Shown: positions 18,632 to 27,774 of the stretch, in pieces
How positions within the stretch are numbered: the first letter of the stretch is position 1
Layout of the letters: every line of letters starts with the position of its first letter
Assembly (NCBI GenBank): GCA_965216635.1
Contig: OZ244188.1
Location: forward strand, 1,664,001 to 1,728,000
Reading direction: 5' to 3'
DNA length: 64,000 nt
From: a bacterium
GTDB lineage: Bacteria > SAR324 > XYD2-FULL-50-16 > G965216635
Translations under genes and position numbers: made by a program
The notes under the pieces: generated by a model
Databases searched by the model: none
What the model was told of the DNA's origin: nothing
Seen by the model: the letters and a program-made list of their open reading frames with translations, nothing else

Positions 18632-19315
18632 CTATTTGGAAACAAGCAGATCTTGAAACTGGTTTTTCATTTCCTCTGCATAGCTTTTATAATCTTTTTT
18701 TTCCTTAATTAAATCAGACGATTGAACATCACTTATTTTTTTATCGGGAATCAAAACTTTAAACGAAGCAAAGTTTTTAACCTTGATAGACTCAAATCCT
18801 TCTCTTTGAAAGACAATAAAGTGAGTATTTTCTTTAAGATAAGAAACAGAGTTCCAACCATCTATTCTTTCAAAAGAATCGCTTCCTAATACAAGATAAA
18901 AATCTTTTTGGGAAAATTTCTGTTTGAGCAATCTGATAGATTCTGCTGTAAAAACCGCTTTTTTTTGGAAAAGTTCATAACCCCATAGGTGAAAAAATGT
19001 CTCTAGTTGACCTGCCTTATTATGACTTGCCTTATTGTGAAAGCCTTCCTTTTGAAAAACTTGCCTTAAAATAGACCATCTGATTTCTTTACTTAAATAT
19101 TTTTTTTTTTCTTCTAATGGATTAGCGCAATTCGGAACAACTATCGCTTCATCTACTAAGTTGTTTTTTTTTAAGAATGCAAGCAATTCTAGATGTCCGT
19201 AATGAAGCGGATTAAAAGAACCACCAAAAAAGGCAACTTTTTTACTTTTCGGTTGTAGGTTAGGGTAGTTAATCCCTGTTTGCTCTAATTGTTTGTTTGT
19301 TTTTTTCAAGGGCAC
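18632..19315 (-). CDS. nadD: Nicotinate-nucleotide adenylyltransferase
   Basis: FFGGSFNPLHYGH, LVLGSDSF, W in GWNSV. Confidence 0.88.
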   Translation of the reverse strand: MPLKKTNKQLEQTGINYPNLQPKSKKVAFFGGSFNPLHYGHLELLAFLKKNNLVDEAIVVPNCANPLEEKKKYLSKEIRWSILRQVFQKEGFHNKASHNKAGQLETFFHLWGYELFQKKAVFTAESIRLLKQKFSQKDFYLVLGSDSFERIDGWNSVSYLKENTHFIVFQREGFESIKVKNFASFKVLIPDKKISDVQSSDLIKEKKDYKSYAEEMKNQFQDLLVSK

Positions 19316-19713
19316 TACTTAAGAAAAATTAAGAATTTATTTCCTACAAAAGAAAAATGAAGCTCTGAATCACAAGCTCGTAAAACGCTCGGAAAAAGAT
19401 TTGCCCATTCAATCAATGTCAGACTACTCTTATCCTCCAAACTTTCCCAAATACCAATATCTTCAAGTTTTTCTTTGTGTTGGATTCGGTATAAATCAAA
19501 ATGGTGAATACAAATTTCTTCATTCCGATAGATATTAAAGTAAGAAAAAGTGGGGCTAGCTACTTCTTTTTTGAGCGGTGGACAAATTTTTTCTACAAGC
19601 CCTCGCACAAAAAAAGTTTTTCCTGAACCTAAATCGCCTATTAAACTTGCGTTTAATCCTCCTTTTTTTTGATATAACTCAAAAACTCTATTTAAAATTT
19701 TCTCCTCCATCAT
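19315..19713 (-). CDS. tsaE: tRNA threonylcarbamoyladenosine biosynthesis ATPase
   Basis: GDLGSGKTFFVRG, SPTF, HFDLYR, IEWA. Confidence 0.93.
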   Translation of the reverse strand: MMEEKILNRVFELYQKKGGLNASLIGDLGSGKTFFVRGLVEKICPPLKKEVASPTFSYFNIYRNEEICIHHFDLYRIQHKEKLEDIGIWESLEDKSSLTLIEWANLFPSVLRACDSELHFSFVGNKFLIFLK

Positions 19714-19800
19714 CTATTGATTTTTTATTTAATATGTTTCTAAAAGACAATAAAAGCAAGAATCTATTGTATACAAAAATAATTCTATAATTGGTATTAT

Positions 19801-19867
19801 AAAAATAAAAAATATAGAATATAATCAAAAATAAAAAATATAGAATATAATCAAAAATGAAAAATAT
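19801..19867. repeat. 26-bp tandem duplication plus partial third copy in the tsaE/glpX divergent intergenic region
   Basis: AAAAATAAAAAATATAGAATATAATC x2, then AAAAATGAAAAATAT; each full unit contains TATAAT. Confidence 0.7.
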
Positions 19868-19879
19868 CTTTAATTATTT

Positions 19880-20839
19880 ATGAAAAATATAGAAATGCAG
19901 CTAGTCCAAATAACCGAAGAAGCAGCTATTATTGCTGGTTCTAAACAAGGACTGGGAAACGCCAATCAAATTCTCCAGTCGGTTCGCACTTCTGTAGAAA
20001 ATAGCCTTCTAAAAATGAACTTTGGCATCCACATTAAAAACGACAGATTTAAAGAACATCCTATTGTCACTCCCTTAAATTCCCATTATCACCAAAACAA
20101 TAAAGTGCAATACGATTTAATACTTGCCGCTATTGAAGGACACAAAACCTGTGCTAGTGGCGGACAGAACTCCGCTGCTTTTATCGCTCTTTCTCAGAAA
20201 AATAGTTTTTTAGATTTACCCAACCTCTATATGTATAAAATTGCTGTTAGCTCCGATGCTTATGAAGTTGTAGATATTGAGCAATCGGTCACCAAAAATA
20301 TCAAAAGAATTGCGCGGTTTAAAAAAAAATATATTGAAAATACAACCATCTGCGTTCTCAACCGAGATAGACACAATCTTTTGATTGCAGAAATAAGAAA
20401 ATGTGGTGCTAGAATTTTGCTTATCCAAGACGGAGATATTTCTGGCTCTCTAGCCGCTGCTACCAATCAAGGAGTAGACATGCTTATAGGTTATGGAGGT
20501 ACTCAAGAAGGAGTGCTCACAGCGGCTGCTATGAAATGTATAGGAGGTTATCTGCAATGCAAAATTTTTTATAAAAATGGTGCAGACAAAAAAAAGGCGG
20601 CTGAATATAAAATAAAAAATTTTGATAAAATTTACGAAATTGACGATCTAGTCTCTTCCAATGAAGTTATTTTTGCCTCCACTGGAATCACAGACGGCTT
20701 GATCTTAAAAGGAGTTCATTTTGAAAAAGAAGGAGCCTATACCTATTCTTGGCTCGCAAAAAGCAAACCCAAAATCACCCACAAAATAGAAACCAAGCAT
20801 TTTTTTGATTATAAGCAGATATCTCAACCTATCTTATGA
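19880..20839 (+). CDS. glpX: Class II fructose-1,6-bisphosphatase homologue (divergent N-terminal catalytic motifs)
   Basis: ITEEAAI, YMYKI, LNRDRH, IQDGDI, GYGGTQEGVLTAAAMKC, FASTGITDG. Confidence 0.8.
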   Translation: MKNIEMQLVQITEEAAIIAGSKQGLGNANQILQSVRTSVENSLLKMNFGIHIKNDRFKEHPIVTPLNSHYHQNNKVQYDLILAAIEGHKTCASGGQNSAAFIALSQKNSFLDLPNLYMYKIAVSSDAYEVVDIEQSVTKNIKRIARFKKKYIENTTICVLNRDRHNLLIAEIRKCGARILLIQDGDISGSLAAATNQGVDMLIGYGGTQEGVLTAAAMKCIGGYLQCKIFYKNGADKKKAAEYKIKNFDKIYEIDDLVSSNEVIFASTGITDGLILKGVHFEKEGAYTYSWLAKSKPKITHKIETKHFFDYKQISQPIL

Positions 20840-21957
20840 AAAAAATAGAAATAAAAAAATGGGGTTGTGTGGTATCTATCGGAACAGATATTTTAGAAAA
20901 ATGCCGCTATGCTAATGATGCTTCAAAAAGTGAAGAATCTCTTTTTTTAGTAGCCGATGCAGAGGTTTATAAAATCTACAAAAAAAAAATAACAACAGTT
21001 TTTGGAAAAAGTTTTAAAAAACTACTCTTACCTGCGGGAGAAAAAACAAAACAAAATTTTTATCTTGAAAAAATTTATGATTTTTTGATAGAAGAAGGAG
21101 CCAATCGCAAATCTATTCTTATAGCTTTTGGTGGTGGAGTAATAGGAGATTTAGTGGGTTTTGCAGCGGCTACTTTTATGCGAGGTATTACTCTTGCCAG
21201 TATTCCTACAAGTTTAGTAGCACAGGTAGATAGTTGCATCGGAGGTAAAACTGGCATCAATCACGCAAAAGCAAAAAACATAATTGGATCTTTTAAACAA
21301 CCCGCCCTAGTCTGTATAGATACATTATTTTTAGAAAGTTTATCGCAAAGAGATTGGATTTCAGGCTATGCAGAAATTGTTAAACACGCCTTAATTCAAG
21401 ATAAAAAATTTTTTGAATTTCTGCAAAAGCATCCCTTGAAAGACTTGAAAGAAGATAACAAATTACTCTTAAAAACAATCACCCGCTCCTGTGAAATCAA
21501 ACTAGCCGTAGTCAAAAAAGACGAAAAAGAGAAAGCCGAAATAACAGATCAAGTAACAGCTCAAACAAGAGCCATCTTAAACTTCGGGCATAGTCTTGCC
21601 CATTTAATAGAAACCTATACCAACTACAATAGCTATCTACACGGTGAAGCAGTTTTTGGAGGAATGGATTTTGCTCTTTGGTTTTCTCAAAAATATTCAG
21701 GACTCAAAAAAGAATCCTACCAAAAAATTCGCGAACTATTACAAGCACAAAATTTACAGCTAAACTTAAAAGGCATACAGAAAAACACTTTTTGTTCTAT
21801 TTTAGCTAGAGATAAAAAAAATTTTGCAGAAGGGATTCAATTCATAGCTATCCCAGAAATTGGCGAGGTAAAAATTTGTAAAAATGTGCAGATTGATAGG
21901 CTTTGGGAAGATTTTTTAGCCTACTCCCAAGATAAAACTGCCTTAGTGCAAATCTAG
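20836..21957 (+). CDS. aroB: 3-dehydroquinate synthase
   Basis: AFGGGVIGDLVGFAAATFMRG, PTSLVAQVDSCIGGKTG, LNFGHSLAH, HGEAV. Confidence 0.96.
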   Translation: MKKIEIKKWGCVVSIGTDILEKCRYANDASKSEESLFLVADAEVYKIYKKKITTVFGKSFKKLLLPAGEKTKQNFYLEKIYDFLIEEGANRKSILIAFGGGVIGDLVGFAAATFMRGITLASIPTSLVAQVDSCIGGKTGINHAKAKNIIGSFKQPALVCIDTLFLESLSQRDWISGYAEIVKHALIQDKKFFEFLQKHPLKDLKEDNKLLLKTITRSCEIKLAVVKKDEKEKAEITDQVTAQTRAILNFGHSLAHLIETYTNYNSYLHGEAVFGGMDFALWFSQKYSGLKKESYQKIRELLQAQNLQLNLKGIQKNTFCSILARDKKNFAEGIQFIAIPEIGEVKICKNVQIDRLWEDFLAYSQDKTALVQI

Positions 21958-22056
21958 TAACGCAATTCTAGCGATACCTGATTTTGTGATCAATTTAAAA
22001 ATTTTAATCAGTAGAACTGTCATTGAAAATAGCAAAAAAACAGTTTTTCCTTAAAA

Positions 22057-22185
22057 AAAATTTCAATTTGTGCTTTCAGCAAGGCGCGAAAAATTTTTGT
22101 TCCGCAGGAAGAGAATGCATTTCTTCACAAATGGCAAGGGACAAAAATTTTAAGCAACGCAGCTGAGAGTGCAAATTGGGATTTT
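22057..22185. mobile_element. Palindromic element with the shared inner module but different termini
   Basis: AAAATTTCAATTTGTGCTTTCAGC ... GCTGAGAGTGCAAATTGGGATTTT; core is the reverse complement of segments at 10536-10570 and 45751-45781. Confidence 0.65.
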
Positions 22186-22671
22186 TTAAGGGAAAACTAA
22201 GTAAGGTTTTGCTTTTTCTTCTACCCTTTCTAGTAAATATTTTCGGCTATTCTCTCCTAAACGGATCAACTCTCTGGCTATAGAGGAGCTTGTAGAACAG
22301 TATTCGGGGCTTGCCAAAATACAAAAGGTCTCTATCTTATCGCATATACTGCGGTTGCCCATAGCCAACTCAAATTCAGAAGTAAAATCACCGTGGTTTC
22401 TAATGCCTCTTAAAATAAGATAGGTTTTTTTAGAAACAGCATAACGAACAATAGAGCCCGTCGTATGCTCTATTACAACATTCTTCCATTGGTAGTAATC
22501 TAGATAGTCCTGCATCATAGCGAGCCTTACTTCTTTGGGAAAAATAATTTTTTTTTCATAGCTTTCCGCTGCTACCCAGTAAATTTTATCAAATCTTTTA
22601 TAGACTCTGTTAATTAAATCTGCGTGTCCGTAAGTAGGCGGACTGGAACTAGTGGGGTAAATAATATTCAT
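22186..22671 (-). CDS. coaD: Phosphopantetheine adenylyltransferase
   Basis: IYPTSSSPPTYGHADLI (variant of YPGSFDPxTxGH), ILRGIR, DFTSE, SSSIAREL. Confidence 0.88.
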   Translation of the reverse strand: MNIIYPTSSSPPTYGHADLINRVYKRFDKIYWVAAESYEKKIIFPKEVRLAMMQDYLDYYQWKNVVIEHTTGSIVRYAVSKKTYLILRGIRNHGDFTSEFELAMGNRSICDKIETFCILASPEYCSTSSSIARELIRLGENSRKYLLERVEEKAKPYLVFP

Positions 22672-22750
22672 AAATTTAGAAAAAAATTTTTACTAGATAC
22701 ATTTTACCAAAAAAACTATAATAGATAAAGTATAAAATAATATCTTATAA

Positions 22751-24274
22751 GTGGAAAAAATCACAATATTAGATTTCGGGGGCCAATACTGTCATTTAAT
22801 CGCAAGAAGAATTAGGGAATTGGGAGTCTGTGCAGAAGTCGTGCCTGCAAATATTTCTTTTAGTGCCTTAAATAATCATTCTATTAAGGGAATTATCCTT
22901 TCTGGAGGAGCAAGTTCTGTCTTTGCAAAAAAGGCTCCTCAATTTGATAAAAAAATTTTAAGTCTTGCTGTGCCTATTTTGGGAATTTGCTACGGTCATC
23001 AACTTATAGCCAGTCTTGTAGGGGGTAAGGTTGCCTCTGGAAAATCAGCCGAATACGGTCTGACGGAATTAAATATTCAAAAAAACGAAGAAATTTTAAG
23101 CCGTTTGGGAAAATCCAAAAATGTATGGATGAATCATCAAGATATTATCACTAAACTTCCCAAAAATTTTAGCTCTCTTGCTAGCACTGAACACTCCAAA
23201 TTTGCCGTATTTGAAAATAAAAAAAATAGTATTTTTGGGGTGCAGTTTCATCCCGAAGTAAGCCATACAGAACAGGGAACACAGATTTTGAAAAATTTTG
23301 CTCTCACTATTTGTAAGTGCAAAAAAAAATGGACATCTGATTTAGTGGTAGAAAATTTAATACAAGAGACAAAAGAGGTTATAGGTGCTAATAAGGCAAT
23401 TATCGGTCTCTCTGGTGGTGTGGATTCTTCTGTAGCCGCTGCTCTGGCCAGCAAGGCTATTGGTAGACAACTAATAGCTGTCTATGTGGACACAGGCTTG
23501 ATGCGTGATGGCGAAACAAAATTCATTCAAAAAACTTTTCTTAAAAAAAAACTAAATCTCAAAATCATCAAAGCGGGCAAGCAGTTTTTTGATGCACTAA
23601 AATGGATTAGCTCGCCTGAAAAAAAACGCAAAATAATAGGCAGACTTTTTGCGGATATTTTCTCTGGAATTGCAAAAAAAGAGAAGGCTGTTTTTCTCAT
23701 TCAAGGCACTATCTATTCGGATAGAATTGAAAGTGGTGTAAGTAAGCACTCTTCAAAAATTAAATCGCATCACAATGTAGGCGGTTTGCCTAAAAATTTA
23801 AAAATGAAGTTATACGAGCCTTTAAAAGATTTGTATAAAGACGAAGTCAGAAATCTCGCTACTGCGCTAGATATTGCAAAAGAAATCACCTCACAGCAAG
23901 TTTTTCCGGGACCTGGTTTAGCTGTACGAATTATAGGAGAAGTAACGCCAGAGAGAGTAAAAATTGTCCGTCAGGCTAGTAGAATTATTGAAGAGGAACT
24001 CAAAAAAACAAAATTTTGGCAAAGCATTTGGATGAGTTTTGCAGTACTGCTCCCCATTAAAAGCGTAGGCATTCAAGGGGATAAAAGAAGCTATAAGTAT
24101 CCAGTAGTTGTCAGAATTGTAGAATCCAATGACGCTATGACAGCCAATTTTTCTAAAATCCCTCACTCTATTCTTGAAAAAATTTCAACACGTATAACCA
24201 ATGAAATTTTTAAGATCAATCGTGTGGTCTATGATATTACCAACAAACCACCTGGAACTATGGAATGGGAATAG
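22751..24274 (+). CDS. guaA: GMP synthase (glutamine-hydrolysing)
   Basis: ILDFGGQY, GICYGHQ, QFHPEV, LSGGVDSSV, IKSHHNVGGLP, KPPGTMEWE. Confidence 0.97.
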   Translation: MEKITILDFGGQYCHLIARRIRELGVCAEVVPANISFSALNNHSIKGIILSGGASSVFAKKAPQFDKKILSLAVPILGICYGHQLIASLVGGKVASGKSAEYGLTELNIQKNEEILSRLGKSKNVWMNHQDIITKLPKNFSSLASTEHSKFAVFENKKNSIFGVQFHPEVSHTEQGTQILKNFALTICKCKKKWTSDLVVENLIQETKEVIGANKAIIGLSGGVDSSVAAALASKAIGRQLIAVYVDTGLMRDGETKFIQKTFLKKKLNLKIIKAGKQFFDALKWISSPEKKRKIIGRLFADIFSGIAKKEKAVFLIQGTIYSDRIESGVSKHSSKIKSHHNVGGLPKNLKMKLYEPLKDLYKDEVRNLATALDIAKEITSQQVFPGPGLAVRIIGEVTPERVKIVRQASRIIEEELKKTKFWQSIWMSFAVLLPIKSVGIQGDKRSYKYPVVVRIVESNDAMTANFSKIPHSILEKISTRITNEIFKINRVVYDITNKPPGTMEWE

Positions 24275-24336
24275 TAGAGGCGAATCTATGTGTTCTCCCG
24301 TATGAAATAAAAAGCAATAATAGACCCAGCCCCTAC
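24274..24336. repeat. Degenerate GTAG-type REP doublet between convergent genes
   Basis: GTAGAGGCGAATCTATGTGTTCTCCC ... GACCCAGCCCCTAC; GTAG(G/A)GGC / GCCCCTAC inverted ends. Confidence 0.5.
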
Positions 24337-25175
24337 TAATATTGTTTCAGTAAGGAACGCGGTTTAGAGAGATATGTTTCTATGGAATGCGCAAGCTCTT
24401 CTTTTGTGCATTTTTCTTTTAAAAATTCCGTAATTAGCAGTTCTAGGTTGGTATAAAAATTCACCATATCCAGATTGGGAGGTTCTGTTTTTTTTTCAAT
24501 ATAAAGGTTATCCAAAGTTGCTCGGCAGAATTGATCGGTATCTAGCCCTAATAAAGTTCCAATCGCCCAGTAGTCGTTAGGAAAGTCTATGGCGGTAGTA
24601 TAAATTCCGTATTGCTTAAAAAATGTTTCTAAAGAATGTTTTTTTTCTAAGTCTAGCTTATTGATAGCAATAAAAAAGTTGATGGAGGCAGGATTTTTCT
24701 CAAACAGACTTTCTGTAACCACTTTTAAGGTATCACCCGTGTCTATAATCTCATCTATCAAAATAAGATGCTTGTTTTCTACCTTTTCTTTGCTACAGTT
24801 AAGATAAAAACGATTCTCTTTCTTTTTTTCACCGTCGTAGCTTTGCATACCGACAAACTCGCTAGAGACAAAGTGCAGTCTGCTAAAAACCTTGATGGTG
24901 CTTTCCAGATAAACTCCTCCTTTTAATATAGGTATAAAAACAAGATTACTAGAAATCACTTCTTCTCCAAAACGCGCTACCATCTGATTGAGGTGTTTTG
25001 CAAAAAAATACTCTAGTAAAAATTCTATTTCTCTTTTTTTCAGATAAAGCTGGAATTTTTTACCGTTTAGTTGGATTATATCAGGGTTTTGTAGATTCAA
25101 TGAATTTAAAATATTGGTATTTTGTTCTTGAATCCTTTTTGTAACCCTATTTTTTAGAAAACTATGGAAAATCAT
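24336..25175 (-). CDS. Hypoxanthine/guanine phosphoribosyltransferase-like protein with N- and C-terminal extensions
   Basis: PILKGG, QSYDG, PRPP-binding LILIDEIIDTGDTL, IGTLLGLD. Confidence 0.75.
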   Translation of the reverse strand: MIFHSFLKNRVTKRIQEQNTNILNSLNLQNPDIIQLNGKKFQLYLKKREIEFLLEYFFAKHLNQMVARFGEEVISSNLVFIPILKGGVYLESTIKVFSRLHFVSSEFVGMQSYDGEKKKENRFYLNCSKEKVENKHLILIDEIIDTGDTLKVVTESLFEKNPASINFFIAINKLDLEKKHSLETFFKQYGIYTTAIDFPNDYWAIGTLLGLDTDQFCRATLDNLYIEKKTEPPNLDMVNFYTNLELLITEFLKEKCTKEELAHSIETYLSKPRSLLKQY

Positions 25176-25264
25176 AAAGTTTTATTTGATAAAACCGCAC
25201 TACATTAGTATTATTATTAATGATTTTTACATACTTAACAGAAAAATAGCAACCAAAAATTCAA

Positions 25265-26218
25265 ATGAATATTAAAATCAAAAAAAATTGGGAAATTAAA
25301 GAAAGTCAAGTCACAGATGAAAAAGCTTTTTTTTCTCGCAGAAGTATTGTTAAAGGGATGGCAGCCGCCACTATGGCGGGTTTTTTGGGACCTAACGTGT
25401 TATCTGCTGCACCGAGCCTTAAAAGGCTAAAAAAGACTCGCAATAGCAAATATATCCTTGGTAATATAACAGAAGAAAAACTTTTCACTTCTTACAATAA
25501 TTTTTACGAATTTAGCTCAAACAAACAGTCTGTAAAAACTAACGCTAAAAATTTTCTGAATCGCCCTTGGTCGGTTAAAATAAGCGGACTAGTAAATAAA
25601 CCTAAAACATTGAATATAGAAGATATTTTAAAAAAAATTCCTTTGGAAGAAAGAATTTACCGATTCCGCTGTGTAGAAACATGGTCTGCTGTTGTACCTT
25701 GGGTTGGATTTGAACTAAAAAAATTACTGGTTTTAGCAGAACCATCATCCAAAGCGAAGTATGTAAAGTTCTCCACTTTTTTTGACCCTAAAATTGCTAA
25801 AAATCAAAACAATAGTTTTTTTTACAAATGGCCCTATACCGAAGGTTTAAGACTAGACGAAGCAAGTAATGAATTGACTTTTATGGCGGTTGGACTCTAT
25901 GGAAAAGAATTGCCCCCTCAAAACGGAGCGCCCATCCGTTTGGTTACTCCTTGGAAATACGGATTTAAGAGTATTAAGTCTATTGTGTCTATAGAACTTA
26001 CAGAAAAACAACCAGCTACTCTTTGGAATCAAACCGCTCCTAACGAATACGGATTTTATGCAAATGTGAACCCTGAAGTGCCACATCCACGTTGGTCTCA
26101 AGCGCAAGACAAACCTTTAGGAAGCTGGCTCAAAAGAACTCCTACCATAAAGTTTAATGGATATGGCAATCAGGTAGCTAGCCTTTATAGAAGTATGGAT
26201 TTAAGTAAATTTTATTAA
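25265..26218 (+). CDS. msrP: Protein-methionine-sulfoxide reductase catalytic subunit
   Basis: Tat motif SRRSIV; YNNFYEF, YRFRCVETWS, GLRLDEA, PWKYGFKSIKSI, HPRWSQA. Confidence 0.96.
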   Translation: MNIKIKKNWEIKESQVTDEKAFFSRRSIVKGMAAATMAGFLGPNVLSAAPSLKRLKKTRNSKYILGNITEEKLFTSYNNFYEFSSNKQSVKTNAKNFLNRPWSVKISGLVNKPKTLNIEDILKKIPLEERIYRFRCVETWSAVVPWVGFELKKLLVLAEPSSKAKYVKFSTFFDPKIAKNQNNSFFYKWPYTEGLRLDEASNELTFMAVGLYGKELPPQNGAPIRLVTPWKYGFKSIKSIVSIELTEKQPATLWNQTAPNEYGFYANVNPEVPHPRWSQAQDKPLGSWLKRTPTIKFNGYGNQVASLYRSMDLSKFY

Positions 26219-26270
26219 AAAACCAAAACAAACTATCAAATCAAACAAAATAATACTGCTACTTTCTTTC

Positions 26271-27467
26271 TTGCTTTTACTTTTTACAGGAGCAGGGTTG
26301 GGTAGCCTAAAAGCCCAAGAAGGCAAACAAGCAGGTAAACAAGCAGGAAAACAAGCAACACAGAAAAAACAAGGTTGGTTTGTCTCAGTTAGTCCTTATT
26401 TTTTGGGTGCTAAAATCAAAACCACTACAAAAAACACCACTCTTACAGAAGTAGTAACAGAATACGTCCAAACATTAGCTACAGAAATAACATTCAGTGC
26501 AAGTACCACCGATGATTTAGATGCAACAAAGTCGGGCGCAGAGGGTTTTCAACATAATAAACCTCTCAGTTACAGTCTTAATTATGATAAAAGAGCAATA
26601 AGTGCTGTAGAGGATGTTTGTGAAGATGGTATCTACAGTGGTGTTGGAAACTATGTGGCTCGGCAGTTTGCTACAGCAACTTCTGATACGGGAGCCTCTA
26701 CACGCAATACAGATAGATATGCCTGTTACGACTATTTCCGAGGGCTTGCAAACTCTTTCAGTGACCCTATCTTGATGGGAGTAACTATAGATTCTACTTC
26801 TCTATCGCATTCCGTCAGCAACGAAAATACCAATTTAACAGGCAACGGATTGCAACTCGGTTATAACTTTGAGAAATTCCGCGTCTCTTTGAATCTACAC
26901 CAATGGAGTGCTGGAGATAGTAAGCTAGATAGTCAAATAATACTGGTAGATTACTTCCTACCCTACGGATTTTATGCAGGAGCTGGCTTAGCACAAACCA
27001 AGCTGGAATTCGCACAAGGCTCGGCTTCAGAAATAGCCCCCGCGGTCCATTTTGGCTATAGCCATAGTTTTAGTGGTAGCTTTTCTGTAGAAGCGGGACT
27101 GCTCTGGTTGGGGACAAACCTATCAATAGAGCAGACAGCTGTAGCACCAGTGCCAACAATAAAATCCATAGCACTGCCGCAAGCACCAAACCATATTCCT
27201 ATTACCTCATCTGTATTGGTCGGAGGTGAAATATTGAATCCAAATAATAGCCTTTCTAGGCTCGGGTTTTTAGATAATAGCGATACTTCCATTACGGATT
27301 ATTCTAATTACGATAGAAGAATACTAGTAGAGGGAACAGTAAATGCAACCTATGGTGAAGTGCAAAAAGAAAGCAAAACCTACAACAGAACTGTGCCTAC
27401 AAAAACAACTGTAGAAGTAGAAAATCCTACTGCTCTTTTTATTCGCTTTGTTTTACGCTTTTACTAA
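26271..27467 (+). CDS. Outer-membrane beta-barrel protein with two large variable inserts (true start may be ATT at 26214)
   Basis: SLKA/QE signal cleavage site; GWFVSVSPYFLG, GNGLQLGY, HQWSAGDSKLDSQI, GFYAGAGL; terminal IRFVLRFY. Confidence 0.8.
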   Translation: MLLLFTGAGLGSLKAQEGKQAGKQAGKQATQKKQGWFVSVSPYFLGAKIKTTTKNTTLTEVVTEYVQTLATEITFSASTTDDLDATKSGAEGFQHNKPLSYSLNYDKRAISAVEDVCEDGIYSGVGNYVARQFATATSDTGASTRNTDRYACYDYFRGLANSFSDPILMGVTIDSTSLSHSVSNENTNLTGNGLQLGYNFEKFRVSLNLHQWSAGDSKLDSQIILVDYFLPYGFYAGAGLAQTKLEFAQGSASEIAPAVHFGYSHSFSGSFSVEAGLLWLGTNLSIEQTAVAPVPTIKSIALPQAPNHIPITSSVLVGGEILNPNNSLSRLGFLDNSDTSITDYSNYDRRILVEGTVNATYGEVQKESKTYNRTVPTKTTVEVENPTALFIRFVLRFY

Positions 27468-27469
27468 AA

Positions 27470-27559
27470 TAGAGCTTTGAATTTGGCAAATTCAAAGCTC
27501 TATAAGCTTGTTTTGGCTAAACAGCTAGTTTTGTCCTATTTGGCAAATTCAAAAGTCTA
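27470..27559. mobile_element. Short palindromic MITE-like element
   Basis: TAGAGCTTTGAATTTG-GCAAATTCAAAGCTCTA hairpin plus a second right end CAAATTCAAAAGTCTA; TAAAA direct repeats at 27465-27469 and 27560-27564. Confidence 0.75.
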
Positions 27560-27774
27560 TAAAAGTAGAAAACCTGTAGCAATGCTCGCCTTCAAAAAAC
27601 ATCAAAAATTTTTCTGTTTTTTTGATTGAGAAAAAAATTTGACTTTTTTTCGTAAAAGAGCTAGTTACGTTCCTATATGCGACTAATAATGGTCTCATAA
27701 ATTTAACGATGCCTTTTGATATAGTTTAGAGATTTTAAAATTTTATTCACTAGGTTTCATAAAAAAATAATACA

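Noticed and set aside
27660..27725. Purine-riboswitch-like leader upstream of ynjB (TATA-TGCGAC-TAATAAT-GGTCTCA)
   Set aside because: Only the first hairpin resembles it. The TCTAC junction and CCGTAAA loop are absent, and no TPP-riboswitch CTGAGA core is seen. An Rfam scan would settle it.
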